Shown: positions 1 through 7,591 of the stretch, one piece after another
How positions within the stretch are numbered: the first letter of the stretch is position 1
Layout: each line of letters begins with the position of its first letter
NCBI GenBank assembly: GCA_016839605.1
Contig: JAEOTX010000046.1
Span: forward strand, 1 to 17,192
Direction: 5' to 3'
Source: Candidatus Thorarchaeota archaeon
Lineage (GTDB): Archaea; Asgardarchaeota; Thorarchaeia; Thorarchaeales; Thorarchaeaceae
Length of the DNA: 17,192 bases
The notes under the pieces: generated by a model
Seen by the model: the letters and a program-made list of their open reading frames with translations, nothing else
Databases searched by the model: none
What the model was told of the DNA's origin: nothing
Program-made: the position numbers and the translations under genes

Positions 1-102
1 AGAGTCTGGAGAAACTGGATGGCTGGCAACGGTCTGACCTACAACCCAATGTATGGTACCTACTACTGGTTCCACCTACACAAGGTCTATCCAACAACCT
101 AG
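1..102 (+). CDS. 3' end (partial) of a probable ABC transporter peptide-binding protein (family 5, OppA/DppA-like)
   Basis: Frame 1 is open from base 1: RVWRNWMAGNGLTYNPMYGTYYWFHLHKVYPTT, then TAG at 100-102. The R-x-W...YNPM...aromatic ending resembles C-termini of archaeal family-5 binding proteins, and a terminator hairpin follows. Only 33 residues are visible. Confidence 0.55.
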   Translation, partial: RVWRNWMAGNGLTYNPMYGTYYWFHLHKVYPTT

Positions 103-132
103 ATCTCTAGTAGAATAGATGTAAGAATAAGC

Positions 133-171
133 GCAGAGGGTTGCTACCCTCTGCCATTCCTTTTATTTTTC
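133..171 (+). terminator. Hairpin plus U-tract terminator
   Basis: Perfect 9-bp stem GCAGAGGGT-TGCT-ACCCTCTGC (133-154), followed by CATTCCTTTTATTTTTT, 30 nt after the stop at 102. Confidence 0.75.
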
Positions 172-289
172 GCAAACTGTTCGGCAATCTAGATAGCAGC
201 ATATACAATGATATCAACGCAGAATCATTACCCAGAAACCAACCGTTATATGCGAGCATCAGAAAATGGGTGTTTAACTGGGAAAACAC

Positions 290-1165
290 ATGAAATACAT
301 GGACTCAATCACAACCCAAGAACTCGTCACGCATTGGTGGAGTAGGGCGTGGATTCGGAATCTGGTGTTTTTGCTGCTGCCAATAGGCATAATCGATGTG
401 GCATACACTCTTGTCGCTACTGCCACATACGGAATTGCTGTTGAATTCAATCCTATCACGCGGTTCTTTTTGAGCAACAACCTATGGCTGCCTTGGTCAA
501 TCATGAATATTGTGGGATTTGCACTCTTCTGCATGTTGGCAGGCTCATATTATCTGAAAACCAGAGACGAACCAGCAGGTCCAAACACAATGTGGCTCTC
601 CCTGATACTTGCTCTAAGAATTGGATTAGCCTCCTATAATATAACATATTTCTACATACCTTTCTTGGTCACAGTATATCCGCCACTTTGGGTAGGCCTT
701 TTCACGTTCACTATCACGTTTATTCTGATGGATAAATTGCTGACTAGAAGAGATGATATAACCCGGCGAACCATCAAGAGCTATTTCACTGTAAGACTCA
801 GTAATATTCATGATAGAAGGCTTATCAGAAACGCAAGTGCGGGAACTAAACCGGTAGAGCCTGTGAAACAGGAAATACTGAAGACTACCCTGCAGAAGAG
901 TGTATGGGCGAAGAGAGCAGCCTATCTCACTATGGCAGTTCTGATGATTGTTGCGATGGCTGGTTCAATTGAGTTTATTGGCGTATTCTCTGGCTTGATT
1001 GCTTGGAGTGATAGAGCTGTGCCATTCTATGTGTTCACTGAATTCACCAGCAGATGGTTTCTGGTCACAGTTGTGGGCATTATACTCTTCCTCTCGTTTT
1101 CAATGTACTTCATTGTTAAGGCATTTGATACTCCAGAAGAATTACCCATGGATACTGGCAAATAG
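290..1165 (+). CDS. Polytopic membrane protein with an N-terminal DUF5658-like domain
   Basis: 291-aa ORF with about 6 hydrophobic segments. The D-x3-T...G-x3-E-x-NP pattern (IIDVAYT...YGIAVEFNP) is typical of DUF5658. A basic loop separates the two membrane blocks. Confidence 0.7.
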   Translation: MKYMDSITTQELVTHWWSRAWIRNLVFLLLPIGIIDVAYTLVATATYGIAVEFNPITRFFLSNNLWLPWSIMNIVGFALFCMLAGSYYLKTRDEPAGPNTMWLSLILALRIGLASYNITYFYIPFLVTVYPPLWVGLFTFTITFILMDKLLTRRDDITRRTIKSYFTVRLSNIHDRRLIRNASAGTKPVEPVKQEILKTTLQKSVWAKRAAYLTMAVLMIVAMAGSIEFIGVFSGLIAWSDRAVPFYVFTEFTSRWFLVTVVGIILFLSFSMYFIVKAFDTPEELPMDTGK

Positions 1166-1250
1166 ACAGCAAAAAGTTAGTCTAGGCCTGTATTGCAAGC
1201 TCGGAGAAGATTGCGCGAAGAGTAAGTCAGATATAACTTCTGTTCTGCGC

Positions 1251-1429
1251 GGCTAATGGGTCTTGAAGGGCACATCGTTTGCTGGAAGTCCCAGCCTTAT
1301 ATTCAATGTTTCATCTTCAACGATGGGTTCAAACCACCCTGTCGGGGGGTGGGCCAGCCCGAATTTTATTAGCCTTCCAATTGTATCTTCTTGGAGATCG
1401 TTGCGGGGGTTCAAACCCCTGCAACACCA
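1251..1429 (+). ncRNA. Candidate structured RNA of unknown family
   Basis: Nested complementary segments: 1251-1260/1365-1374, 1268-1271/1357-1360, 1273-1279/1319-1325, hairpins at 1281-1295 and 1334-1352, and a 10-bp hairpin at 1400-1425 followed by ACCA. G-U pairs favour the + strand. It lies in a 278-nt gap between convergent genes. Confidence 0.45.
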
Positions 1430-1443
1430 TTGAGGTGACAAAA

Positions 1444-2043
1444 CTAAGCCGAGAGTTTTACCAATAGCTCTTCACAATATAGGTCGACCATCTGATTCAC
1501 AAGGTCCTGAGTCGCTTTGGATCCGTACAGTGAAGCCAGGAGTCGAAGCAGAGTCAGGTTGTGGAGCATCGACACGGTGGAATCATTCCGAGAATAGAAA
1601 TCAGTAATTCTCTCCTTAACAACTTGCTTCGCGTCATCGGTTCCCAATCGTAGAATGGCCTTTCTCCGGATCCCATCCATGCACGTTTCGAACTCTTGCG
1701 TCTGAAGCGCCGTTCTAATAGGTCCGATTAGAAAATTCGCTGCGAGCTCGTCTGTAAGATCGTGGCTCCCCAAGTCACGAACACTATCATTGAACTCGAG
1801 AATGACAGATTCCGCATCATAAGGAAGCTTTTCCTTCACAGCCTCGAGGAATGCCCGATACTCCTTTTTCCGGATGAAATGAAGATGGCGCTTGAACTCC
1901 TCTTCGAAGGCAATTACTATCGGACCAATGCCCTCTATCGAGAGGCGCTCTTTCTTGTCACGACTGAAGAGAATGTCCTCCTCTTCAGAATAAAACTGGA
2001 GATGGACCAAATACTTCACCATGAGTTCTAGCTGGTCCGACAT
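1444..2043 (-). CDS. Hypothetical soluble alpha-helical protein
   Basis: ORF 1444..2064 in the track; the ATG at 2043 has a GGTG SD-like motif upstream and is the preferred start. The sequence has an amphipathic helical pattern but no recognisable motif. Confidence 0.7.
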   Translation of the reverse strand: MSDQLELMVKYLVHLQFYSEEEDILFSRDKKERLSIEGIGPIVIAFEEEFKRHLHFIRKKEYRAFLEAVKEKLPYDAESVILEFNDSVRDLGSHDLTDELAANFLIGPIRTALQTQEFETCMDGIRRKAILRLGTDDAKQVVKERITDFYSRNDSTVSMLHNLTLLRLLASLYGSKATQDLVNQMVDLYCEELLVKLSA

Positions 2044-2103
2044 TTGCACACCGTAGATTCTCACTTCACAATTTAGTATATAGCACTAATTCGGAGGTGC
2101 ATG

Positions 2104-2139
2104 AGAAAAAGAGGAAAGGGGTAGAACCGAAGTCCTACC
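2104..2139 (-). terminator. cUUCGg hairpin plus pyrimidine tract terminating the transcarbamylase gene
   Basis: The minus strand reads GGTAGGAC-TTCG-GTTCTACC (8 bp, one G-U) then CCTTTCCTCTTTTT, 14 nt after the stop at 2154. Confidence 0.75.
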
Positions 2140-2153
2140 GTCGTTAATGTAAT

Positions 2154-3200
2154 CTATTTCATGGTCAGTGCCATAACAGCTTTCTGTCCGTGAAGTCGAT
2201 TCTCAGCTTGGTCAAATGCAATTGACTGCGGACCGTCCAGCACTGAGTTCGTAACCTCAAAGCCTCTGTCTGCTGGTAGGCAGTGCATATACATTGACTT
2301 AGGGCCAGCAATATCCATCTTGTCCTGATCGCATATCCAATGCTTGTTCTTGTCGAACACAGCCTGTGACTTCTCAAGCTCTGGTTTGTCATTGAATGGC
2401 GGGATGAACTCCTTGCATGTCCATGCCTTTGGATATACCACATGCGCACCCTCAAAGGCCTCCTCCATGTCGTACATGATTTCAAAGCTTGAATCGTTCT
2501 CTTCTGCCATCACTTTGCACTGGTCTAGGATCTTGTCATCAAGTTCCATGCCCTTTGGGTGAGCAAGAACAGTATCGCAGCCCATCTTTGTGGCCGCAAT
2601 GATAGCACTCTGTGGCACTGCGAGAGGCTTGTGCACCGACGGTGAATATGCCCAGCTCATGACGAACTTGACACCCTTATAGCCGCCAAACTTCTCCTTC
2701 ACGGTCATGACATCTGCTAAGCCTTGACATGGATGGTAGATATCGTCCTCCATATTGATAATGGGAATATGACTCCAGTGTGCGAAGTTGTTGATGACCT
2801 CATTCGCGCGACCATAGACCCAGCCCACAGGATCTCCGTAGCATCTGATGGCGATTGCATGGCCCATTCTAGCCAGAACGCGAGCTACATCTGACACGCG
2901 TTCAGTGGAATATGCTTTCTCATCGCCCTCCAATGCAGGAGCGTATATCTTACTGGGATCAAGGAAGTGAGCGTGTCCTCCCAGTTGCGTCATTCCAGCT
3001 TCGAATGAGTTGCGAGTTCTCAGACTTTGATTGTAGAAGATCATAAACAGCGTTTTCGCATCAAGGAGCTTGTGGGGTTCTCCCATGGCGAACTTCCGTT
3101 TGAGGTCTAGAGCAACATCAATGATGGTCTCCATCTCTTCTCTCGTATAGTCAAGTAGAGTGATGAAGTCTTTACCACGAAAAGTTTCGGTCTTTACCAT
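2154..3200 (-). CDS. Aspartate/ornithine carbamoyltransferase-family enzyme, knotted YgeW/ArgF'-like subtype
   Basis: Has the SLRTRxSF carbamoyl-phosphate motif, HPCQ, HCLP and QAENR. WAYSPSxxKPLAVPQ, YPKAW and YMHCLPAD resemble YgeW. It lacks the DxxxSMG motif of canonical OTCase. Confidence 0.88.
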   Translation of the reverse strand: MVKTETFRGKDFITLLDYTREEMETIIDVALDLKRKFAMGEPHKLLDAKTLFMIFYNQSLRTRNSFEAGMTQLGGHAHFLDPSKIYAPALEGDEKAYSTERVSDVARVLARMGHAIAIRCYGDPVGWVYGRANEVINNFAHWSHIPIINMEDDIYHPCQGLADVMTVKEKFGGYKGVKFVMSWAYSPSVHKPLAVPQSAIIAATKMGCDTVLAHPKGMELDDKILDQCKVMAEENDSSFEIMYDMEEAFEGAHVVYPKAWTCKEFIPPFNDKPELEKSQAVFDKNKHWICDQDKMDIAGPKSMYMHCLPADRGFEVTNSVLDGPQSIAFDQAENRLHGQKAVMALTMK

Positions 3201-3245
3201 TGTGATTCACGAGTCACATCTTTGTTAAGGACCTGTAGAAAAAGG

Positions 3246-3268
3246 TTGCCAAGAAAGACAGTTGGCAA
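3246..3268. promoter_or_regulatory. Inverted repeat TTGCCAA-N9-TTGGCAA, possible operator in a divergent promoter region
   Basis: Perfect 7-bp arms between the divergent starts at 3200 and 3360. Confidence 0.3.
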
Positions 3269-3359
3269 ATAAGTGTCTGATAGCTCCGTCCTTCTCCGAA
3301 CTCTTAAGTGCCACCCTGTCCATCATCTTTGAATACGATAAGACAAGGTTGGAGAGCGA

Positions 3360-5948
3360 ATGAGTAAAAGAAAAGTAATCAACCTAGTCCTCTCCCTCAT
3401 TGGACCAATTGCTCTGATTGTGATATTGACTATGCCAATCGGTCCATTAGCTGGAGGCCTTCAGATTGTAGCCCCCACAGGGGGAATCTTCGACGTTGGC
3501 GTTGGTGTACATCAACCTGAAACGCAGACAATCAAACTACCAGGTCTAGACGCAAACGTTGTGGTGGTCCAGGATCAGTGGGGAATTCCGCATGTCTATG
3601 GAGATACTATAGAAGATGCATTCATGGCAATGGGGTACATACACGCTAGAGATCGGTTGTTCCAGATGTACATGCAAAACTACCTGGCCGCTGGAAGGAT
3701 CAGCGAGATAGTTGGTGGATACGCGGCCAGCTCGGACAGACTGTATCGAACATTGGGATTTGAGAGGTCGGCAGAGAAGACTTTGGCCTGGTTTGAAGCG
3801 AACACGGACAATCCGGATGTTGCCTATACTCTTGATGCTATTGATGCCGAGGTCGCAGGAGTGAATACTTTCATTGACACGATGACAAGTGTGACCACAC
3901 CGATAGAATTCAAGATACTTGGTTTTGATCCACCACATTGGAGACGGTTAGACATCTTCATCTTTGCACAGTTGCAGTCATGGGGACTTGCGGGAGGTTT
4001 CGATGACCTCCGCAACCAATGGATGAGGTCAACAATGGATAATGATACTATGTTCGACGAGGTGTTCCCGTGGACGATGCCATATTCTATCCCTATTGTG
4101 TTGGAGCAATACAACCTAAGCATCACAGAATATCCCAATGCCAATGGCGGCTATCCGGCGGATCCAAACCCGTCAGCTCTGAACAGCGGGGTCATGGCGG
4201 AGGAAGCATACATACCTCAAGAGAAGCTTGAGGTCCTTATCAAAGCACTAGATGAAGTAATCAATCCAATTGGTGACATGGACTTTGTTGGCAGCAATAA
4301 TTGGGTAGTAGGCGGGGATCGGTCTGCAACAGGTGAACCTATTCTATGTAACGATCCGCATCTTGGATTCCAGACTCCTGCCCTCTGGTATGAATCACAC
4401 ATTGTAGTACCTGGGGAGTTGGATGTGACAGGAGTAGGATTTGCAGGAATGCCTGGGATAATCCTAGGTCACAATGAACACACTGCATGGGGATGGACCA
4501 ATGTCGGTGCGGATGTGCTGGACATTTTTGTCGAACAGCTCAACCCCAACAACTCAAGCGAGTACATGTACAATGGAGCTTACAGAGCATTTGAAGTCCA
4601 TGATGAATCAATCCTAACGAAAGAGGGAAACATAATCCCATTCGAAGTCTTAGAGTCTGTTCATGGACCCCTGATTGATTCAATTACGAATACCTACAAT
4701 GTTGACTCTGAGGATAGTCCGAATCTTGCTATGAGGTGGACTGGAAATGACATAATCCACAATATCATGGCAGTTGGTATGATCAATAAGATGAGTGACC
4801 TTGAGAGCTACTTTGACGCCGCCTATTGGTGGGACGTCCCTGCTCAGAACATGGTCTATGCAGACGATCAGGGCAACATTGCACTCACAGTGATGGGACG
4901 TTACCCAATAAGAGCAGGATACGATGGGCATTTTCCAGTTCAGGCTTTGAATGATTCAGTCGGGTGGGTTAGCAATGTCCCCTATGCGTATATCCCGAGA
5001 ACAGTCAATCCTTCTCAAGGATACATTCAATCCACGAATCAGCTTTCAATTGACTGGAATACCTACGGTTTTGAGCTACTCGGACCCTATGCTGATGGCT
5101 ATCGTGGACGTAGGATTGATGCATTGCTTGCAGCTGATGATAGTGTTACGATGGACGATATGAAGAGATTCCAAGCAGATGCTCTCGAAGTTAGAGCCCA
5201 AGAGATTGTGCCCTATGTCGTTGATGCCTGGAACAATTTAGGAGATGGAAATGCAACAGTCGATGAAATCATTGGATGGCTTGATGACTGGGACTATGTG
5301 ATGGATCCGGATGAAAAAGCTCCCACCATTTGGATGTTCCTTCGTAACGCAATTCACTATGAAACGTTCGACGAAATAAGGAGCATCGACTCCAGTCTGA
5401 TGTTGTCACGGACACCGGTGTTGGAGAAGTTCATCAAGGAAAACAACGTGTACTATTTCGATGATCACACCACAGCGGGAGTTGTGGAAACCCGAGATGA
5501 GATTCTTGTACGAGCCATGTACCGGGCGTTGGATGACCTTGTAGCAGATCCGGTCTTTGGAAACGATCCGGCAGATTGGGATTATGGAAACAAGCACAGG
5601 GTCTACTATGACCATCTTGCCGATCTCACATCTGTTGGTGGAATCCCTCATCGAGGGCAGCTTACGTTAAATGTCGCAGGCGGATGGAGAGTGGGTGGTG
5701 GACCTTCGTGGCGCTTGGTGGCCGACATGAGCAATATCCAGATGAGTTACGGCATCTATGCTCCAGGCCAAAGCGGCAATCCGTTCAGTCCACACTTCGA
5801 CGACCTGTTTTGGATCCAGTATTCCTACGACGAAGTCACTGAGCAGCATGGATATCATGCGATCTATTTCTACTCCACAGTAGCCGCATTCCAAGCCGCG
5901 GACACAGAAGGAACGATGATAGAAGCAGTGATTACATTTATTCCATAG
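3360..5948 (+). CDS. Penicillin acylase family protein (Ntn hydrolase, peptidase S45) with N-terminal membrane anchor
   Basis: Motifs DQWGIPHVYG, GYIHARDRLFQM, G-SNNWVV (autocleavage site and catalytic Ser), NDPHL, GWTN, QNMVYAD and PGQSGNPFSPHFDD. Basic then hydrophobic N-terminus; GGAG upstream of the start. Confidence 0.95.
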   Translation: MSKRKVINLVLSLIGPIALIVILTMPIGPLAGGLQIVAPTGGIFDVGVGVHQPETQTIKLPGLDANVVVVQDQWGIPHVYGDTIEDAFMAMGYIHARDRLFQMYMQNYLAAGRISEIVGGYAASSDRLYRTLGFERSAEKTLAWFEANTDNPDVAYTLDAIDAEVAGVNTFIDTMTSVTTPIEFKILGFDPPHWRRLDIFIFAQLQSWGLAGGFDDLRNQWMRSTMDNDTMFDEVFPWTMPYSIPIVLEQYNLSITEYPNANGGYPADPNPSALNSGVMAEEAYIPQEKLEVLIKALDEVINPIGDMDFVGSNNWVVGGDRSATGEPILCNDPHLGFQTPALWYESHIVVPGELDVTGVGFAGMPGIILGHNEHTAWGWTNVGADVLDIFVEQLNPNNSSEYMYNGAYRAFEVHDESILTKEGNIIPFEVLESVHGPLIDSITNTYNVDSEDSPNLAMRWTGNDIIHNIMAVGMINKMSDLESYFDAAYWWDVPAQNMVYADDQGNIALTVMGRYPIRAGYDGHFPVQALNDSVGWVSNVPYAYIPRTVNPSQGYIQSTNQLSIDWNTYGFELLGPYADGYRGRRIDALLAADDSVTMDDMKRFQADALEVRAQEIVPYVVDAWNNLGDGNATVDEIIGWLDDWDYVMDPDEKAPTIWMFLRNAIHYETFDEIRSIDSSLMLSRTPVLEKFIKENNVYYFDDHTTAGVVETRDEILVRAMYRALDDLVADPVFGNDPADWDYGNKHRVYYDHLADLTSVGGIPHRGQLTLNVAGGWRVGGGPSWRLVADMSNIQMSYGIYAPGQSGNPFSPHFDDLFWIQYSYDEVTEQHGYHAIYFYSTVAAFQAADTEGTMIEAVITFIP

Positions 5949-5959
5949 GAGGCATGTAG

Positions 5960-6412
5960 ATGAGAAAGATAGATGATATATTTCCCAATCTTGGGTTTGC
6001 ACCAACACTGATCATAGTTATTGTGCTAGGCATCGCTTTGCAACTAACTGGTTTTTGGATGACAATGCTACTTGCTGGAGGTTTTGGAGGTCTTTTCACC
6101 AGACGCCATCGTCACTCGTTCTTGACAGGATTCCTTGGAGTTGGTATTGCTTGGACAGGAATCTTTGCGTATCTAACGGTAACCGCTCAAGCAATGGCAG
6201 TCGCTGAATTTTTCATTGGCTTGCTTGGCCTTTCAGGGATGGGCTGGCTGGTCATCGTAATCAGTTTACTGCTGGGATCACTCCTGGGAGGTTTTGGCGG
6301 GCTGTTTGGAAGGTCTCTTGTGGAAATCATCGACGAGTTCTCTTCTGAAGCAGAACAAACCCATACTCCAGTTCAACCCACTGAGGAAATCGTAATGGAG
6401 GAGAAACAATAG
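5960..6412 (+). CDS. Small Gly-rich membrane protein (about 4 TM), paralog of 7130..7537
   Basis: GGAGG SD, starting 11 nt after the acylase stop. GxxxG-rich hydrophobic helices and an acidic tail. Confidence 0.85.
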   Translation: MRKIDDIFPNLGFAPTLIIVIVLGIALQLTGFWMTMLLAGGFGGLFTRRHRHSFLTGFLGVGIAWTGIFAYLTVTAQAMAVAEFFIGLLGLSGMGWLVIVISLLLGSLLGGFGGLFGRSLVEIIDEFSSEAEQTHTPVQPTEEIVMEEKQ

Positions 6413-6418
6413 AATAAG

Positions 6419-6441
6419 GCTGTGGCATATTCTGCCACAGC
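6419..6441. terminator. Hairpin between convergent genes
   Basis: Perfect 9-bp stem GCTGTGGCA-TATTC-TGCCACAGC, with short pyrimidine-rich tails on both strands. Confidence 0.6.
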
Positions 6442-6457
6442 ATCTCCCATTTATTGT

Positions 6458-7033
6458 TCATCGCCTTTTGTGATGATAAATACCAGTGATAAATGCAAAT
6501 GCGCATACACCTAGAACAAGCAAGCCAAGTATGATTATTGAGTTCTGGGAAGAATGACTGATAGTTCCCTCTACCTGTTTCCCGTATACTGATGAATCAT
6601 TGTCATAAACTACATACCAGGAACCAGATGACGGAATACCAACATTCCATGATAGAGCGGTCAAATCAGTCTTGTTGAGCATTGAAATCGCATTAAGGCC
6701 TTCTGACCAAGATTCGTAGTTCTGTTCATCAAAGATATACAGATCAACACCGTCACCCCAGCCTGGCCATAAGTCATACTTCTTTTGATCTCCTATGAAG
6801 TGATCACCATCAGTTGTTACGGTGAAGCTTCCTTCAAGAGCATCGCCCTTCTCACATTCGAAAGAATATACCTGAGAGGTGAGGGGACTCAGCCAGAAAC
6901 TATGAGTTGCCAGAGGTTCATGAATGGAAGCATGTTGTTTCGTTGCCACTGTGGAAATTGGCAATGCTGCAATGAGTACCAGTAAGGTGAGAGCAACAGA
7001 CATCTTCAATTGACGGCCTTTGTTGGTCAACAT
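6458..7033 (-). CDS. Type I membrane protein with a GOLD (emp24/gp25L/p24)-like beta-sandwich
   Basis: Signal peptide, then a beta-strand pattern including KGDALEGSFTV, VDLYIFD and GSWYVVYDNDSS (compare p24 G-x-Y-x-x-C-F-D-N-x-x-S), then a C-terminal TM helix and the tail YHHKRR. Confidence 0.65.
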   Translation of the reverse strand: MLTNKGRQLKMSVALTLLVLIAALPISTVATKQHASIHEPLATHSFWLSPLTSQVYSFECEKGDALEGSFTVTTDGDHFIGDQKKYDLWPGWGDGVDLYIFDEQNYESWSEGLNAISMLNKTDLTALSWNVGIPSSGSWYVVYDNDSSVYGKQVEGTISHSSQNSIIILGLLVLGVCAFAFITGIYHHKRR

Positions 7034-7129
7034 ACTACATTCAGTATTGCAATATGCACCTTATGAATCAACTTGATTCTCACGAATGGCATGCAACACC
7101 ATTTTAGGGTAAACAGTCTATGAATAGGC

Positions 7130-7537
7130 ATGGCCCAACGACTGACCCAGAAGGCCTTGGATACTGGGATATATCATGGATACTTCTTGACGCTCCTAAT
7201 TGCTCTGCCACTTCAGTTGATAGGGCATTGGATTCTGATGATTCTTGCTGGAATCGCTGGGGGGCTAACTGTGAAGAGGTACAGGCATGCTCTCATCGCT
7301 GGATTTCTGGGGGTGGGAACTGCATGGTCAATCATCTTCGTTTTTCTAAATGTATTTGCTCAGGCCTATGTCATCGGAGAGTTCTTTGCATCACTTATCG
7401 GACTACCTGGATTCGAACGATGGATAGTTTCCCTTTCAATCCTCATAGGCGGCACTCTTGGTGCAAGCGGATCAATTGTGGGCAGGGCGATTGCTGAATT
7501 GGTTCAAGAGATTCGATCTTCCACTGACGCAGACTAA
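7130..7537 (+). CDS. Small Gly-rich membrane protein (about 4 TM), paralog of 5960..6412
   Basis: Aligns without gaps to 5960..6412: LQLIGHWILMILAGIAGGLTVKRYRHALIAGFLGVGTAW versus LQLTGFWMTMLLAGGFGGLFTRRHRHSFLTGFLGVGIAW. Confidence 0.85.
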   Translation: MAQRLTQKALDTGIYHGYFLTLLIALPLQLIGHWILMILAGIAGGLTVKRYRHALIAGFLGVGTAWSIIFVFLNVFAQAYVIGEFFASLIGLPGFERWIVSLSILIGGTLGASGSIVGRAIAELVQEIRSSTDAD

Positions 7538-7560
7538 ACAATAGTTCATATATGACAGCT

Positions 7561-7569
7561 CTTATATTG
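7561..7569 (+). promoter_or_regulatory. Possible archaeal TATA box for fprA
   Basis: CTTATATTG lies about 23-31 nt upstream of the ATG at 7592. Confidence 0.3.
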
Positions 7570-7591
7570 AAGAGAAGAGGGAGCTTGTACA

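Noticed and set aside
1251-1429. Assignment as 5S rRNA, tRNA-Sec, SRP RNA, RNase P RNA or SECIS
   Set aside because: There is no 5S CCGAAC or loop E signature, no cloverleaf around the TCA-containing loops and no SRP helix-8 motif. The minus-strand AACAGAAG lacks a GAGGAAAGUCC partner. The GAA/GA loop encloses too much sequence for a SECIS, and the upstream gene has no in-frame TGA.
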